Below the pieces are notes generated by a model, which was not told the origin of the DNA, did no database searches, and was given only the letters and a program-made list of their open reading frames with translations. Made by a program: the position numbers and the translations under genes. A DNA stretch of 64,000 nucleotides from Candidatus Marinacidobacterales bacterium (GTDB lineage Bacteria > Acidobacteriota > Vicinamibacteria > Marinacidobacterales > DATDRI01), in NCBI GenBank assembly GCA_965219415.1, contig CBDCNP010000002.1, positions 5,216,001 to 5,280,000 of the forward strand, given 5' to 3'. Shown piece by piece: positions 33,006 to 45,127 of this stretch; within the stretch, counting starts at the first letter, position 1; every line of letters begins with the position of its first letter.

Positions 33006-33100
33006 CGGCGCCTGGCCAAGCCGATAGTGGCAACCGGACAGTTTGGCGCCCGGCGCCTTGCCAAGTCGATAGTGGCAACTGGATATTTTGGCGCCCGGCG
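33006..33100. repeat. 45-bp tandem duplication of the intergenic repeat family (inverted relative to 835-995)
   Basis: CGGCGCCTGGCCAAGCCGATAGTGGCAACCGGACAGTTTGGCGCC followed by CGGCGCCTTGCCAAGTCGATAGTGGCAACTGGATATTTTGGCGCC. Confidence 0.85.
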
Positions 33101-33171
33101 GTTTTGCTTTGCGGTCCGGCGTTCCGGCCTTCTCGGCTTTATCGAGAGAGAATCACAAAAGGGGGTTGGTG

Positions 33172-34002
33172 GTGAGACCCACGTGGAAAGGTTTCCTCAA
33201 GTTATCGTTGGTCAACATACCGGTGCGAATGTATCCGGCCGCCCGATCACAGTCACTGCACTTCAATCAGATTCACAAGACCTGCAGTACGCGAATCAAG
33301 TACGACAAGAAATGCCCAACGTGTAACTGCAGTGTGAGTAGCGATGACATCCTCAAGGGCTATGAGCTCGCGAAGGACCAATACGTAATCCTCGACGCCG
33401 AGGACTTCGACAAGGTCCGACTGGAGTCGACCAAGTCCATCTCCATCGTCCAGTTCGTGAGCGACGGCGACATCGACCCTGTGTACTACCACGGATCTCA
33501 TTATTTGGTTCCGGACGGATCGGTAGCGATCGAGAGTTATGCGACGATCCGTCGGGTCATGGAGGAAAAGGGACGCGTGGCGCTCGCTAAAGTCGTCCTC
33601 AGCGGAAAGGAACAGGTCATGGCCATCCGCCCGAAAGATGATGGCTTTGTCATGTCCGGCCTTTACTACGGAGACGAGGTGCGTAGCATGAGCGCCCTAG
33701 AGGAGCTCCAGAACCAACCGGATGCCAACCAGCAAGAAGTTGACCTCGCAGGCCAGCTCATCGACAGCATCACCAAGCCTTTCCAACCCGAGTCGTTCGA
33801 AGACGAGTACCGCAAGCAGTTGCTCGACATCATCACTGCCAAGGCGGAGGGCAAGGAGATTGTTGAGCCACCGCAAATCGAAACGGGAAAGGTCATCAAT
33901 CTCATGGACGCTCTCAAGAACAGCCTCGAGCGGGCGCAGACCCCTGCCGTAGAAAGCGGCGACGAAGAGCTCCCGGCCACCGGCACGACGCCCAAACAGT
34001 AG
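33172..34002 (+). CDS. ku: Non-homologous end joining protein Ku
   Basis: RPTWKGFLKLSLVNIPVRMY, KGYE, FEDEYR, VINLMDALKNSL. Confidence 0.95.
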   Translation: MRPTWKGFLKLSLVNIPVRMYPAARSQSLHFNQIHKTCSTRIKYDKKCPTCNCSVSSDDILKGYELAKDQYVILDAEDFDKVRLESTKSISIVQFVSDGDIDPVYYHGSHYLVPDGSVAIESYATIRRVMEEKGRVALAKVVLSGKEQVMAIRPKDDGFVMSGLYYGDEVRSMSALEELQNQPDANQQEVDLAGQLIDSITKPFQPESFEDEYRKQLLDIITAKAEGKEIVEPPQIETGKVINLMDALKNSLERAQTPAVESGDEELPATGTTPKQ

Positions 34003-34047
34003 AATCCTTGAGCCTTTGAGGACTTTCAGTTTGGGTCAGCTCTTCGA

Positions 34048-35001
34048 ATGACAGACTGGCTCGATAAGAAGATCACACCCATGCTGGCCTCCGCGGGCCA
34101 GCCCTTCGACTCCAGCAAGCATCTCTACGAGATCAAGTGGGACGGTATCAGGGTCCTCGCCTTCTTCGGAAAGGACCGGATTCGACTCCAAACGCGGCGC
34201 CATTTAAACACGACGCACCGATATCCAGAGATCGTCCGCGCTCTCAGGGACCTCCCAGGAGAAGGAATTCTGGACGGGGAGGTTGTCGTCTTCGACGGAG
34301 ACAAACCGAGCTTCGAACGGGCGCTCGAGCGCGAGCTGGTGTCCGACCCAACCCGGATCGCACAGCGCGTCCGCGACATCCCTGCGTATTACGTCGCCTT
34401 CGACCTTCTCTACCTGGACGGGCGCGTGCTCATAGAAGAGCCTCTGTCCGAACGGAAGCAAATTCTGTCGGAGCTGCTCACGGAAAGTCCGCCCAGACCC
34501 ATCATCGAGTCCGCCTACATTTTGGAGCGCGGAACCGCGTACTACCAGGAGGCTGCCGAACAGGGGCTGGAAGGCATCGTAGCCAAGACTCTCGACGGCC
34601 GTTACCTTCCAGGCAAACGCACGCGAGATTGGATCAAAATCAAAACCCGTCGCACGATCGATTGTGTCGTTTTGGGAACCGTCCTCAAGAAAGGCACGGG
34701 GCGAGTGAAGTCCTTAGTGCTCGGTGCCTACCGCAACGATGCGCTCATCTGGATCGGCAATGTTGGAAGCGGCTTGGATGGAAAGACTCTCCACGCGCTC
34801 AAGCAGGAGCTCGGTCCGCTCGAGAATGACCCTCCGAAGGGGCTCAAGGTGGTCGCCCCGGGCAACGTCTGTTGGCTTAGGCCCGTCCTCGTCGCCCGCG
34901 TCGAATACGCCGAGACGACCAGGGAAGGAAGGCTAAGGGCCCCGGTCTTCGTGGGATTCGTAGACTCGCCTCCCGAAAAGTGCATGGCTCCCAGCCACTG
35001 A
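34048..35001 (+). CDS. ligD: ATP-dependent DNA ligase (LigD ligase domain only)
   Basis: YEIKWDGIR adenylation motif, LDGEVV, FDLLY, EGIVAK, WIKIK, OB domain; follows Ku; no polymerase or phosphoesterase domain. Confidence 0.88.
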   Translation: MTDWLDKKITPMLASAGQPFDSSKHLYEIKWDGIRVLAFFGKDRIRLQTRRHLNTTHRYPEIVRALRDLPGEGILDGEVVVFDGDKPSFERALERELVSDPTRIAQRVRDIPAYYVAFDLLYLDGRVLIEEPLSERKQILSELLTESPPRPIIESAYILERGTAYYQEAAEQGLEGIVAKTLDGRYLPGKRTRDWIKIKTRRTIDCVVLGTVLKKGTGRVKSLVLGAYRNDALIWIGNVGSGLDGKTLHALKQELGPLENDPPKGLKVVAPGNVCWLRPVLVARVEYAETTREGRLRAPVFVGFVDSPPEKCMAPSH

Positions 35002-35002
35002 C

Positions 35003-35572
35003 TCAACCCACCTCCGGCAGAAGCTCTACAAGTTCTTTCACCAAACGGCCGGTGATTCCCCAGATGTCGTGCTCCTCGTAACGATAGTGATAGATCGAAA
35101 TCTCTTGGCCTGGCGATATCTCTCGCCGCTCTATGGAAACCACGTTCGGTTCGCGAAGCGCCGCCAGAGGCACGAATAGCAGTTCTTCCACTTCGTGATT
35201 AGTTCGAAACGCATAGGGTCCTTTTACGAGGCCCACAAAAGGCGTGATGCGAAATCCAGTGATGGTCGGCATCTCGTCCAGCTGTCCAAGAATCTGAACG
35301 CCCGACGCCTTGAGTCCTACCTCTTCCTCGCTCTCTCTCAACGCCGCGGCTAGTGGAGAGGCATCACCCGGATCGATTGCGCCACCTGGAAAAGAGATAT
35401 CGCCCGGCTGCCGACGCAAGGAAGAGGCTCGGACGGTCAAGAGTAGTCGGTAATCGTCCGTCTCCAACACGAGAGGGAGAAGGACGGCGGCCGGTCGCAG
35501 AGTCTCGTTTTTGGCACGTTGCGCCTCGCGGGCCTCCAGGCGACGACGTACTTCCTCCTCTATCTCGGCCAT
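35003..35572 (-). CDS. Nudix CoA pyrophosphatase
   Basis: AAVLLPL, QPGDISFPGG..AALRESEEEVGL, IWGITG. Confidence 0.92.
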   Translation of the reverse strand: MAEIEEEVRRRLEAREAQRAKNETLRPAAVLLPLVLETDDYRLLLTVRASSLRRQPGDISFPGGAIDPGDASPLAAALRESEEEVGLKASGVQILGQLDEMPTITGFRITPFVGLVKGPYAFRTNHEVEELLFVPLAALREPNVVSIERREISPGQEISIYHYRYEEHDIWGITGRLVKELVELLPEVG

Positions 35573-35591
35573 GACCCGTATTATGCTTCGC

Positions 35592-36657
35592 GAATTCATA
35601 AAGTAAGTGCAACACAGCTCCCGGATGAGGTGACCTGGAATGTGCCACGATTCCTCAAACAACCAAGAATGGGGACTCGCTAATGACTTATTACCAGATC
35701 ACCTCGGAAGAACGATACACCATCGCGGCGCTGCGACGGGAGGGATTTTGCTCGGCCGAGATTGCGCGGCGCCTGGGGCACCACCGGAGCACAATCTCGA
35801 GAGAGGTCAGGAGGAACAGCTCACGTAATGATGGATGCTACCGGCCGAGCAAGGCCATCGAGAAAACGAACGGACGACGATCGCGGTCTCGCCGGAACCA
35901 GTACTTCACAAAGGCCGACTTTGCCCTGGTGGAGAAGAAGCTTAAGGCTGACTGGAGCCCAGAGCAGATCTCCGGCCACCTGCGCCTTCACGGCGAGCTC
36001 TCGATCAGCCACGAGACGATCTACACCCACGTCTGGCGGGACAAGGAGGCCGGAGGACATCTATACCGCCACCTTCGATGCTCGCCCAAACTTAGACGCA
36101 AGCGCCACAACAGCTATGACAGCCGAGGCCACCTGGCCGGGAAGCGTCATATCTCCGAGCGGCCGCCTTGTGTCGACAAGCGCAGTGCCGTTGGCCACTG
36201 GGAGATCGACACCGTGGTAGGAAAAGGCGCGCCGGACTGCGTAACCACGCTCGTGGAACGAAAGACGGGCTATGCGCTGATCGGCAAGCTGTCCGACCGC
36301 ACCATGTTCAGCACTAGTCAGCGAACGAAGATGTTGCTCCGGCGGGTGCCGGAGCAGGTCAAGACGATCACCGCGGACAATGGTACGGAGTTCCACGACT
36401 ACGAATCCGTCGAGGAAGCGACCGGCGTCAAGTTCTACTTCGCAACTCCCTATCACTCATGGGAGAGAGGCAGCAACGAGAACTTCAATGGCCTGCTACG
36501 ACAATACCTGCCGAAGCGCACCAGCCAAGCAGCGCTCACGCAACGCGACTGCGATCGTATCGCAAACAAGCTCAACTCACGGCCCCGCAAGAGACTCGGC
36601 TACCGCACACCGGAGGAACGTTTCCATTCAGTGAGCGACACCTGCGCACAGCGGTAA
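35592..36657 (+). mobile_element. IS30-family element; transposase 35683-36657, right end replaced by foreign sequence
   Basis: HTH (HRSTISREVRRN), [40 protein letters not shown]; from about 36628 the sequence switches to an rve element. Confidence 0.9.
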
Positions 36658-37043
36658 CCGAATACGTAGTGCACTATCACACAGAACGGAACCACCAAGG
36701 TCTCGGCAACGAGCTCATCACACCTCTGCCGGCAAGCGCGAATGACGCTGGCCCCATCGTGTCGCGAGAGCGACTTTGGGGCATTCTCAACTACTACTGC
36801 CGTGCCGCGTAGATGGTCGCTGGCGACGGTAGCCCCTCGGCGGGCTCAACCGGCGTAGCGTGGAAACCGCTTCAGGAACACGCTTCGATATTCGCTCTCG
36901 ACTAGGAGGTCATCTGCATGGTGACGACCCGCCCGCCCAAGACGATTGTAAAGCCCACGGCCCTTGGCCCGGTCGCAAACACAGACACTAAGTTGCTGAT
37001 TTATGGCCTATTTCAAAAGGGCCGAGTTTTGGCACAGGACGGG
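36628..37043 (+). mobile_element. 3' fragment and terminal repeat of an rve/integrase-core element
   Basis: [22 protein letters not shown]; near-identical to the reverse complement of 63040-63345; ends TTTTGGCACAGGACGGG. Confidence 0.85.
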
Positions 37044-39289
37044 GGCGACATTTCCGATCGGCTCCAAGAGTCGTTGCGTGTTGTACCAATGGACCCACTC
37101 GAGGGTGGCGAACTCAACGTCTTCGAGACCACGCCAGGGCCCACGTCGACGGATCACCTCGGTCTTGTAGAGGCCGATGATGGATTCAGCCAAAGCGTTA
37201 TCGTAAGAGTCGCCTCGGCTGCCGACGGACGGCTCAATGCCCGCCTCGGCGAGCCGCTCGGTGTAACGGGTCGAGACGTACTGCACGCCGCGATCGCTGT
37301 GATGCACCAATGGATCTTCTGGGTTTAGTCGGCGCTCGTGCAGCGCCTGCTCCAACGCATCGAGAGCGATGCCGGCAGTCAACGATGTCGTCGCTCGCCA
37401 ACCGACGATGAGTCGAGCGAAGACGTCGATGACGAAGGCGACATACACGAAGCCGCGCCACGTGGCGATGTAGGTCAGGTCCGAAACCCAGAGCTCGTTC
37501 GGGCGTGTGGCGTTGAAGTCGCGCTCCACGAGGTCCATCGGGTGAGCGCCGCTCGAATCCGGCTTCGTCGTCTTGAATCGACGTCCACGGACCGCCCCCT
37601 GGAGACCCATTTCACGCATCAGACGGGCCACCGTGCATCGAGCCACGTCGCGGCCCTCACGGCACAGCTGACGCCAGATGGGCTTGATCCGGTTTCGTAG
37701 ACGGTTTAGTTAAGCTGGCGAAGTCCTCATCCGTCGTTCAAACTCGGCCGGACTGACCTGGCCGAGGGTCGAGTGTCGTCGTCTCTGGTTGTAGAATACC
37801 TCGATGAAGTCGAAGAGGGCCATCTTGGCCTCGCCGCAACTGAGGAAATGCTCCCCAAGCTCGTGCTTGACCGTGGAGAACCAGCTCTCGATGACGGCGT
37901 TGTCGTAGCAGTTGCCCCGTCGGCTCATGCTCCCGGTCATGCCATGCGTCTCAAGGAGACGTTGGTAGTCTTTGCTGGCATACGGACTGCCCTGATCGGA
38001 GTGATGCAAGAGCCCCGCGGCCGGTTGGCGACGTTTCAGTGCCATCCGCAACGCCTTGATAACCAGGTGACGGTCGTTAATAGCACTTACGGCCCACCCA
38101 ACGAGGAATCGCGAGTAGAGGTCGAGGAGCGCCGCGAGATAAAGCTTCCCGCCGCTGCCGATCACGAACTCGGTCGTGTCCCCGACCCACCGTTGGTTCG
38201 GCGCATCGGCGACGAAGTCTTGCCCGAGCACATTGGCCGCGACGGGCTGGCCATGACCGCTTACCGTCGTGCGCTTGAAGCGTTTGCGTACTCGAGCAAT
38301 GAGGCCTTCTGCCTGTTTCAACCGAATCACCCGCTTCCGACTCACTCGATACCCCTGCTCGTGCAGGTCGTGATAAATCCGCGGACTCCCATAGGTGCGG
38401 CGACTCGCCTCATGGGAGGCACGAATCAACACGCGCAACTGGCGGTCCCGGCGCGCGTGGGCCGACGGCGGCCGACGTACCCAGGCATAAAAGCCACTCC
38501 GAGAGACGTTGAGAATCTGACACAGGTGAACGACCGGTACGGTGGCCTTCTCCGCCTGGATGAACGCGAATCTTACTCGCTCTCCTTCGCGAAGAAGGCC
38601 GCGGCTTTTTTTAAAACGTCGCGCTCCACCCGCAACCGCCGATTCTCTTTGCGGAGCCGCCGAAGCTCCTCGCGTTCCACGCCCGTCAAGCCCGTCCGGC
38701 CCTTCGTCCGATCGGCCCGGGCCTGACGGACCCAGTTGCGAAACGCCGATTCGGTGAGGTCAAGCTCCCGGGCCACCCGACCCACGCTCTGGCCCTCATC
38801 AAGCACCAGCCGGACCGCGCCTGCCTTAAACTCGTCATCAAACTCCCGGCGGGGTCGCCGGGGCTGCGTTGTCTTTGCCATTGTGGACATCGTATCCGCC
38901 TTTCAGAAAGTGTCCACGAAACTGGATCAAGCCCAAGACCTTGCGCACGCCATACACGTCAAAGTTCTCTTGCCGTACACGACGAATCTCGCCGCGGAGT
39001 TGGACGTCGCGCTTCGCTCTCGCTGGCAGGCGGCTTGGGTCCTTCTCTCTCGCTTTCTGCTCGTAATAGGTCGACGGGGCAATCGGAAGCATCCGGCAGA
39101 TCGGCTCGACCCCGTAATTCTCACGGTTCGCGTCCACGAACAACATATTCACCTCGGTCGGCGGTCGAGCTCCGCCTGGGCGAAAAACGCCGACGCCTTG
39201 AGAAGGATCTCGTTCGCCCGCTTTAGCTCACGGTTCTCTCGCTCAAGCTCCTTCAGCCGCTGACCCTCGTCCGTCGTCAGTCCCGCTCG
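37044..39289 (-). mobile_element. Truncated IS3-family element A, interrupted by a second IS3 element
   Basis: Near-identical to 41866-42858; [26 protein letters not shown]. Confidence 0.9.
37679..38935 (-). mobile_element. Complete IS3-family element B (orfA 38573-38890, orfB to 37710)
   Basis: Terminal inverted repeats TGGGCTTGATCC(G/A)GTTTCGT(A/G)GAC, 3-bp TSD AGA, A7G slippery site near the end of orfA, DDE motifs WVGDTT / HHSDQG / DNAVIES. Confidence 0.93.
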
Positions 39290-39420
39290 CGTCGTGTCCA
39301 AAAATACAAATGAACTCTAAGACCCGCGCGCCGAGCCGTTGCAGAGTTCATCTATCATTATCAGGGAGAGCGCAACCATCAAGGGCTTGGCAACGCGTTT
39401 GTGTTTTTGGACACGACGGG
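39290..39420. mobile_element. 130-bp miniature rve-family element
   Basis: Inverted ends CGTCGTGTCCAAAAA(T/C)ACAAA enclosing an ERNHQGLGN transposase remnant. Confidence 0.8.
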
Positions 39421-39424
39421 CACA

Positions 39425-39884
39425 GCCACGCGCAATTCCTACTGCTCGTTGTGGCTGGCTGGGTCAACCGCCAGCAGCAGGATGTGATCGACTACCAGCA
39501 AAAGGAGAACCGTGTGCTCCGAGCCGGGCTTCGGGGCAAGCGTCTCAGGCTCTCGGACGACGACCGGCGCAGGCTCGCCGTCAAGGCCCAGGCTTTGGAC
39601 CGCGAGGCGCTCAAGAAAGAACGCGTTGTTTCGCCACAAGAAGCTAGGTCCGTCAGGCGATGCGTGACAGCCGGTAATCGTGATGGAGCCCACCGGTCGA
39701 CCGGCGCGAAGCAGCCGATCATGGCAGGTCTAAACCGTGCAATCAACGCTGGATCGACTTTTTGCGGAGCACAACTACGGTTTCCCCTTGAACGAGAATT
39801 TCAATTTGCGATCGGCGCGAAGCAGCTGATCGTGGTAGGTCTAGGCCGCGCAATCAACGCCGGATCGACTTTTTGCGGAGCACA
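39425..39884 (+). mobile_element. rve transposase N-terminal fragment plus two tandem element ends
   Basis: [21 protein letters not shown] matches 63780-63960; CAATCAACGC(T/C)GGATCGACTTTTTGCGGAGCACA occurs twice. Confidence 0.78.
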
Positions 39885-39991
39885 GCCCAATCCCCGCCAT
39901 CCTCATCGATCCTCTGCTGTCGATAACGTAGCGGCTCTCGATCTCTGGCTAGGATGCTCCGTCAGGAGTAGAAAAGTTGGGCAACACCAAG

Positions 39992-40730
39992 TCAATAGTT
40001 CACCCCGCCGGTCTTCTGTATCCTGAAAGCGTGGGATGATACATGTCCAACGAATAGCCCACTCTTGTTCTCGCCACGGGCTACTTGAACGGTTCGTTCA
40101 ACGTCGGCATCCCGGGTGTTCGCCCCGCCGTAGATTTCTTTTATTGCTTCCGGGGGAGGGTCTATTACTTTGATGGGCCAGCCGTTGCTGTCCTTCCTCC
40201 CGGTGTCGCGCGCCTGCTCCAGATCAACCAGTAGCCGGACTTCCTTCTCGTACGCCCACGATATCCCTTTCACCAGCAACAGCCGGGACAGTGACTTCCA
40301 ACCCGCTCCAAACTCCGCGAGGTCTGTACGTGCAAGGAGCGAGAAACCTTCTGTATTCCGGCCTGCTCTCAAATCACGTTCCATGCCCTCGCGGTTGACA
40401 AAATCCAACCGGATGGCGTCGCCTGCCGGTGGTTGGTACGTGGGGGCAATTTCCGAGTAAACCACCGGTCTTAACTCAAAGCCGAGAGCGCTCAATGCCT
40501 CCGTGTCGTAACCCACGACTATGCCAGCCCGTCGCCTTTTGCTTGGATGTTTATTATTCCCACCCGTTACGTTGGCTCTTTGGCGCTCATTCCAGAAGTG
40601 CCTCGCGACTGTGGCATATAGAGCGTCGATATCGTACGTATACATTCAGAACCTTGAAGGCCTCGAGTTTATGGAAGGGACAGGTTGTCCTTTAGCGACG
40701 TCTTCACCCACAAGGTCGCTCTCTATATGT
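39992..40730 (-). pseudogene. C-terminal fragment of a DUF2971-like protein
   Basis: GIVVGYD..VVYS..K..SWAYEKEVRLL pattern; 5' end cut by an IS3 fragment. Confidence 0.5.
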
Positions 40731-40733
40731 CAT

Positions 40734-40873
40734 CGGCGGTCGAGCTCCGCCTGGGCGAAAAACGCCGACGCCTTGAGAAGGATCTCGTTCGCCCCCTTTA
40801 GCTCACGGTTCTCTCGCTCAAGCTCCTTCAGCCGCTGACCCTCGTCCGTCGTCAGTCCCGCTCGTTTCCCAGC
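40734..40873 (-). mobile_element. Small IS3 element A orfA fragment
   Basis: Near-identical to 41856-41996. Confidence 0.85.
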
Positions 40874-41283
40874 CAACCTGACGTTGGCCATCGATCCTTC
40901 CCATGTGAAATCGCGCTGATGGAATAGAGGCAATATTCGAAAGTGATGCTCCGCCGGACCGCCGCAACAAGTTCGGATTGGGGGACATCTCTGAGGCTGT
41001 CTGGAGCACGAAGCGCTATTGCCTGTTCGATTATCTTCCCCGTCTCCCTGGTGGTCTTGTTAAGACGGCTTTGTGCTTCGAGTTCCATGGTGCGCGCGGG
41101 AACATATTCGGTTTCAGTGACGATGGGAGCTCTGTCGGGGTCGTCGACAAAGATATCGAGTCGTCCGCCTTCTCGGAAAACGTCGAGCAGTTCAGCACCA
41201 AGTGCCGATGTCTTGCCAATGCGAGTTTCGCGCAGAACCTCAGCTAGTGCTTGATTGAAAGTAGGTTCGTCGTTACGTGGCAT
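40870..41283 (-). pseudogene. N-terminal fragment of a putative restriction-modification (type IIG-like) protein
   Basis: EPTFNQAL..LDIFV..PIVTETEY (PD-(D/E)xK-like)..RWPTSGWL, then fused to IS3; family assignment is recalled similarity only. Confidence 0.45.
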
Positions 41284-41553
41284 CTTGGATAATGGGTAAT
41301 GAGTCTATGACCACACGAACGATTGCAGGGCAGTCCCGTCCATTCTCTCACGCCCGTCCTGTCCAAAAACACAAACGAACTCAAGACTGGCGCGCCGGGC
41401 CGTTTCGATCGTCATCGCCCCGTGGCGAGCCCCAGATCTGGGGCGTGTCGGAGGCGATGTCGGCGATTCCGGGTTCTCCGCACGCGCAGGGAAAACACCG
41501 TCCAGCAACGGGATGCCACGCTTCCGGGCGGAGACCTGGATCCAGGCCCGGGC

Positions 41554-41719
41554 GGTGCTTCCGCCATTAAGTGTTGGTGAGATGAAGCTAAGACTTTACG
41601 CTGCATTAAATTACAGCCAAAATAGCGCTCACGACCTTCGCCGCGCGCTAAATGGAGCGTAAGCGCTTTTTTTGCAAAGGGATACATACACATCACCAAC
41701 AGCAAACAGCGCAAGCACC
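41554..41719 (+). mobile_element. 166-bp MITE, copy 1 (IS1-family ends)
   Basis: Starts GGTGCTTCCGCCATTAAGTGTTGGTG and ends CACCAACAGCAAACAGCGCAAGCACC; four copies in the window. Confidence 0.88.
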
Positions 41720-42951
<1,232 letters not shown>

Positions 42952-42954
42952 GTC

Positions 42955-43490
42955 ATCTAGGCAGAGCGAGGGATTGCTGCGGTCGTTGTTCGCTCTGATG
43001 AAGCTAGACAATGATGTGCCCGATCACACCACGATCTCGAGGCGCAAGCCGAAGCTGGGTAAGGTCCCCTTCTACCCAGTCAAGCAGAAGACGCCGTTGC
43101 ACATCTTGTTCGACAGCAGCGATCTCGCTGTCCACGCCGGCCAGCTGCGCAGAGCACAAAAGAGCAGGGACTATCGCAAGCTCCATCTGTGTGTCGACGA
43201 GCAGAGTGGCGAAGTCGTCGCCGGCGAGCTGACGAGCAAAAGAGCCCGCGATTCATCGCGGGTTGCATCGCTTGTCGGACAGATCGACAGTCCCATCTCA
43301 TCAGCCAGAGCTGACACCGCATACGACGCCGGCGGCGTCTATGAGGCAATCGAGAATCACAGCGCTCATCGCTCGCCGAGGGTGCTGATACCGCCGCGCA
43401 AGGGCGCCCTGCTCGCATCGGGGCCGGCGAGCAGCCGACAGCGCAATCGCAACATTGCAGCACAAGCTCGGCTCGGCAAACGAAAGTGGC
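42955..43490 (+). mobile_element. IS5-family (IS903-like) transposase fragment
   Basis: VPDHTTISRR, RKLHLCVD, ADTAYD, LIPPRKGA. Confidence 0.8.
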
Positions 43491-43594
43491 TGTGCCTTCT
43501 ATTTATTCATCCGCGCGCACAGAACTTGATTAGTCTCTCTGCCTTCAAGGCTCGTCGCGAGCTGGCTCTCGAGAATGTCGCTCTTCGGCAGCAG

Positions 43595-44440
43595 GCGGCG
43601 GGCAACCGGCGAGACCGACTGCGGGCAATGCTGGCGGACCTGAAGACGCCGGCTGCAGACCGCCATGCGCGCCTCGCGCCTGCCGGCCGTGAAGACCCTG
43701 GCGCAGTTCGACTTCGCCTTCCAGCCCAGCATCAAGCGCGAGCAGATCGAGAGCCTACACGAGCTAGGGTTCCTGGATCGCGGCGAGAATGTGATCTTCC
43801 TCGGCCCGCCGGGAGTCGGGACGACCCATCTGGCGATCAGCCTAGCCATCGCGGCCGCGGAATCCGGCCGCCGCGTTTACTACAGTACGCTGGCAGGTCT
43901 GATCGAGTCGCTCATGGATGCCAAGGCCGCCGGGCAGCTGTCCCGGCGGCTGCGTGTGCTGACGCATCCCGCGTTGCTCGTGGTGGACGAGATCGGCTAC
44001 CTGCCGGTCAACCGGGACGGCACCGTGCTCTTCTTCCAACTGATCAACGCCCGGCACGAACTCGCGTCGACCGTGCTGACCTCCAACAAGGGCTTCGAGG
44101 AATGGGGAAGCGTGCTCGGCGACGAGGTCATGGCGGCGGCGCTGATCGACCGTCTGCTGCACCATTGTCATATCGTCAACATTCGCGGCAACAGCTACCG
44201 CATGCGGGAGCGCCAGAACCTGATGCGGTCCGCGTCCGATCAAGGTCGCGAGGGAGCCGCACCCTGACAGACATGTCCTGTGAATCTGCGACGCGTGGTG
44301 GGTTGCACTCCGCTCCCTCCGCCCAAACCAACACCGACGAGCGCAACCACCGCAAGAGCGTCACCTTCGCGTGGAAGTCATCCACAAAAGTGTGCAATTT
44401 TCGGTTGCCAAAAATGTGCAGTTTTCGATTGCCATTGACA
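43595..44440 (+). mobile_element. istB: IS21-family istB remnant with right end
   Basis: FDFAFQP, GPPGVGTTHLA (Walker A Lys lost), DEIGY, IDRLLHH, GNSYR; repeated end motifs finishing ATTGACA at 44440. Confidence 0.85.
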
Positions 44441-45127
44441 GAGCTGAAGCGATCGCCGCTCGACCGGGACCGACACAAGCGTTACCGCGGAAGCCCGTGT
44501 GCCCACTCGCGCCGGGCGCGGAAGCACCAACGAGCTGTATGGCCGCTCTGCCAGCGGGTTTAGAGCCGCTTGCTCGTCACGTTCGAAGCGCTCGCTCGGC
44601 CTCTCGTTCGTGGTTCCATGCCGACGCACGTTGGCCACCTCGCGCAGCCAAACGGATAGTTGCGCGTCGAGATCGTCGTCGCTGATGAACTCGCGGCCGT
44701 ACACAAAGTTGTCGCGGACATAGCGAATTGCTCTCTCCACCTTGCCTTTCGTCTTCGCCCGATACGGACGACACGCCCGCACCCGGAACTGCCAGTGGTA
44801 GGCGAAGCGAAGAAACTCGGCATTCTCCACTAGTGCGCAAAGTCGACCTGCGCCTGGTGACCCGGTGCCGTTTCGAAGCGAACCACCGCCTCGCGCGTCG
44901 AAGGACGAACCTGGCGCACGTACTCTTTCACCTGCGTGTAGCCGCCTGCGTAACCCGCCGCTTGGAGTTCCTCGTACACTCGCACCGCGCTCAGCAACGG
45001 GAACTCCTCCAGTCGTGACTGAATGATCCCCTTGTACCGATCGATCTTACGAACTACCGCCTAGCGCTTCTTGTAACGGAACACCTCATCGTCCAGCTCA
45101 CGATCCAGCTGGCCTGACGCAATCCAG
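44441..45127 (-). mobile_element. istA: IS21-family istA remnant with internal deletion
   Basis: RFETAPGHQAQVDFAH joined directly to VENAEFLRFA..RAKTKGKVER. Confidence 0.82.

Noticed and set aside
42974-44563. 529-aa ORF as a novel protein
   Set aside because: Chance read-through across IS5, rve and out-of-frame istB fragments.
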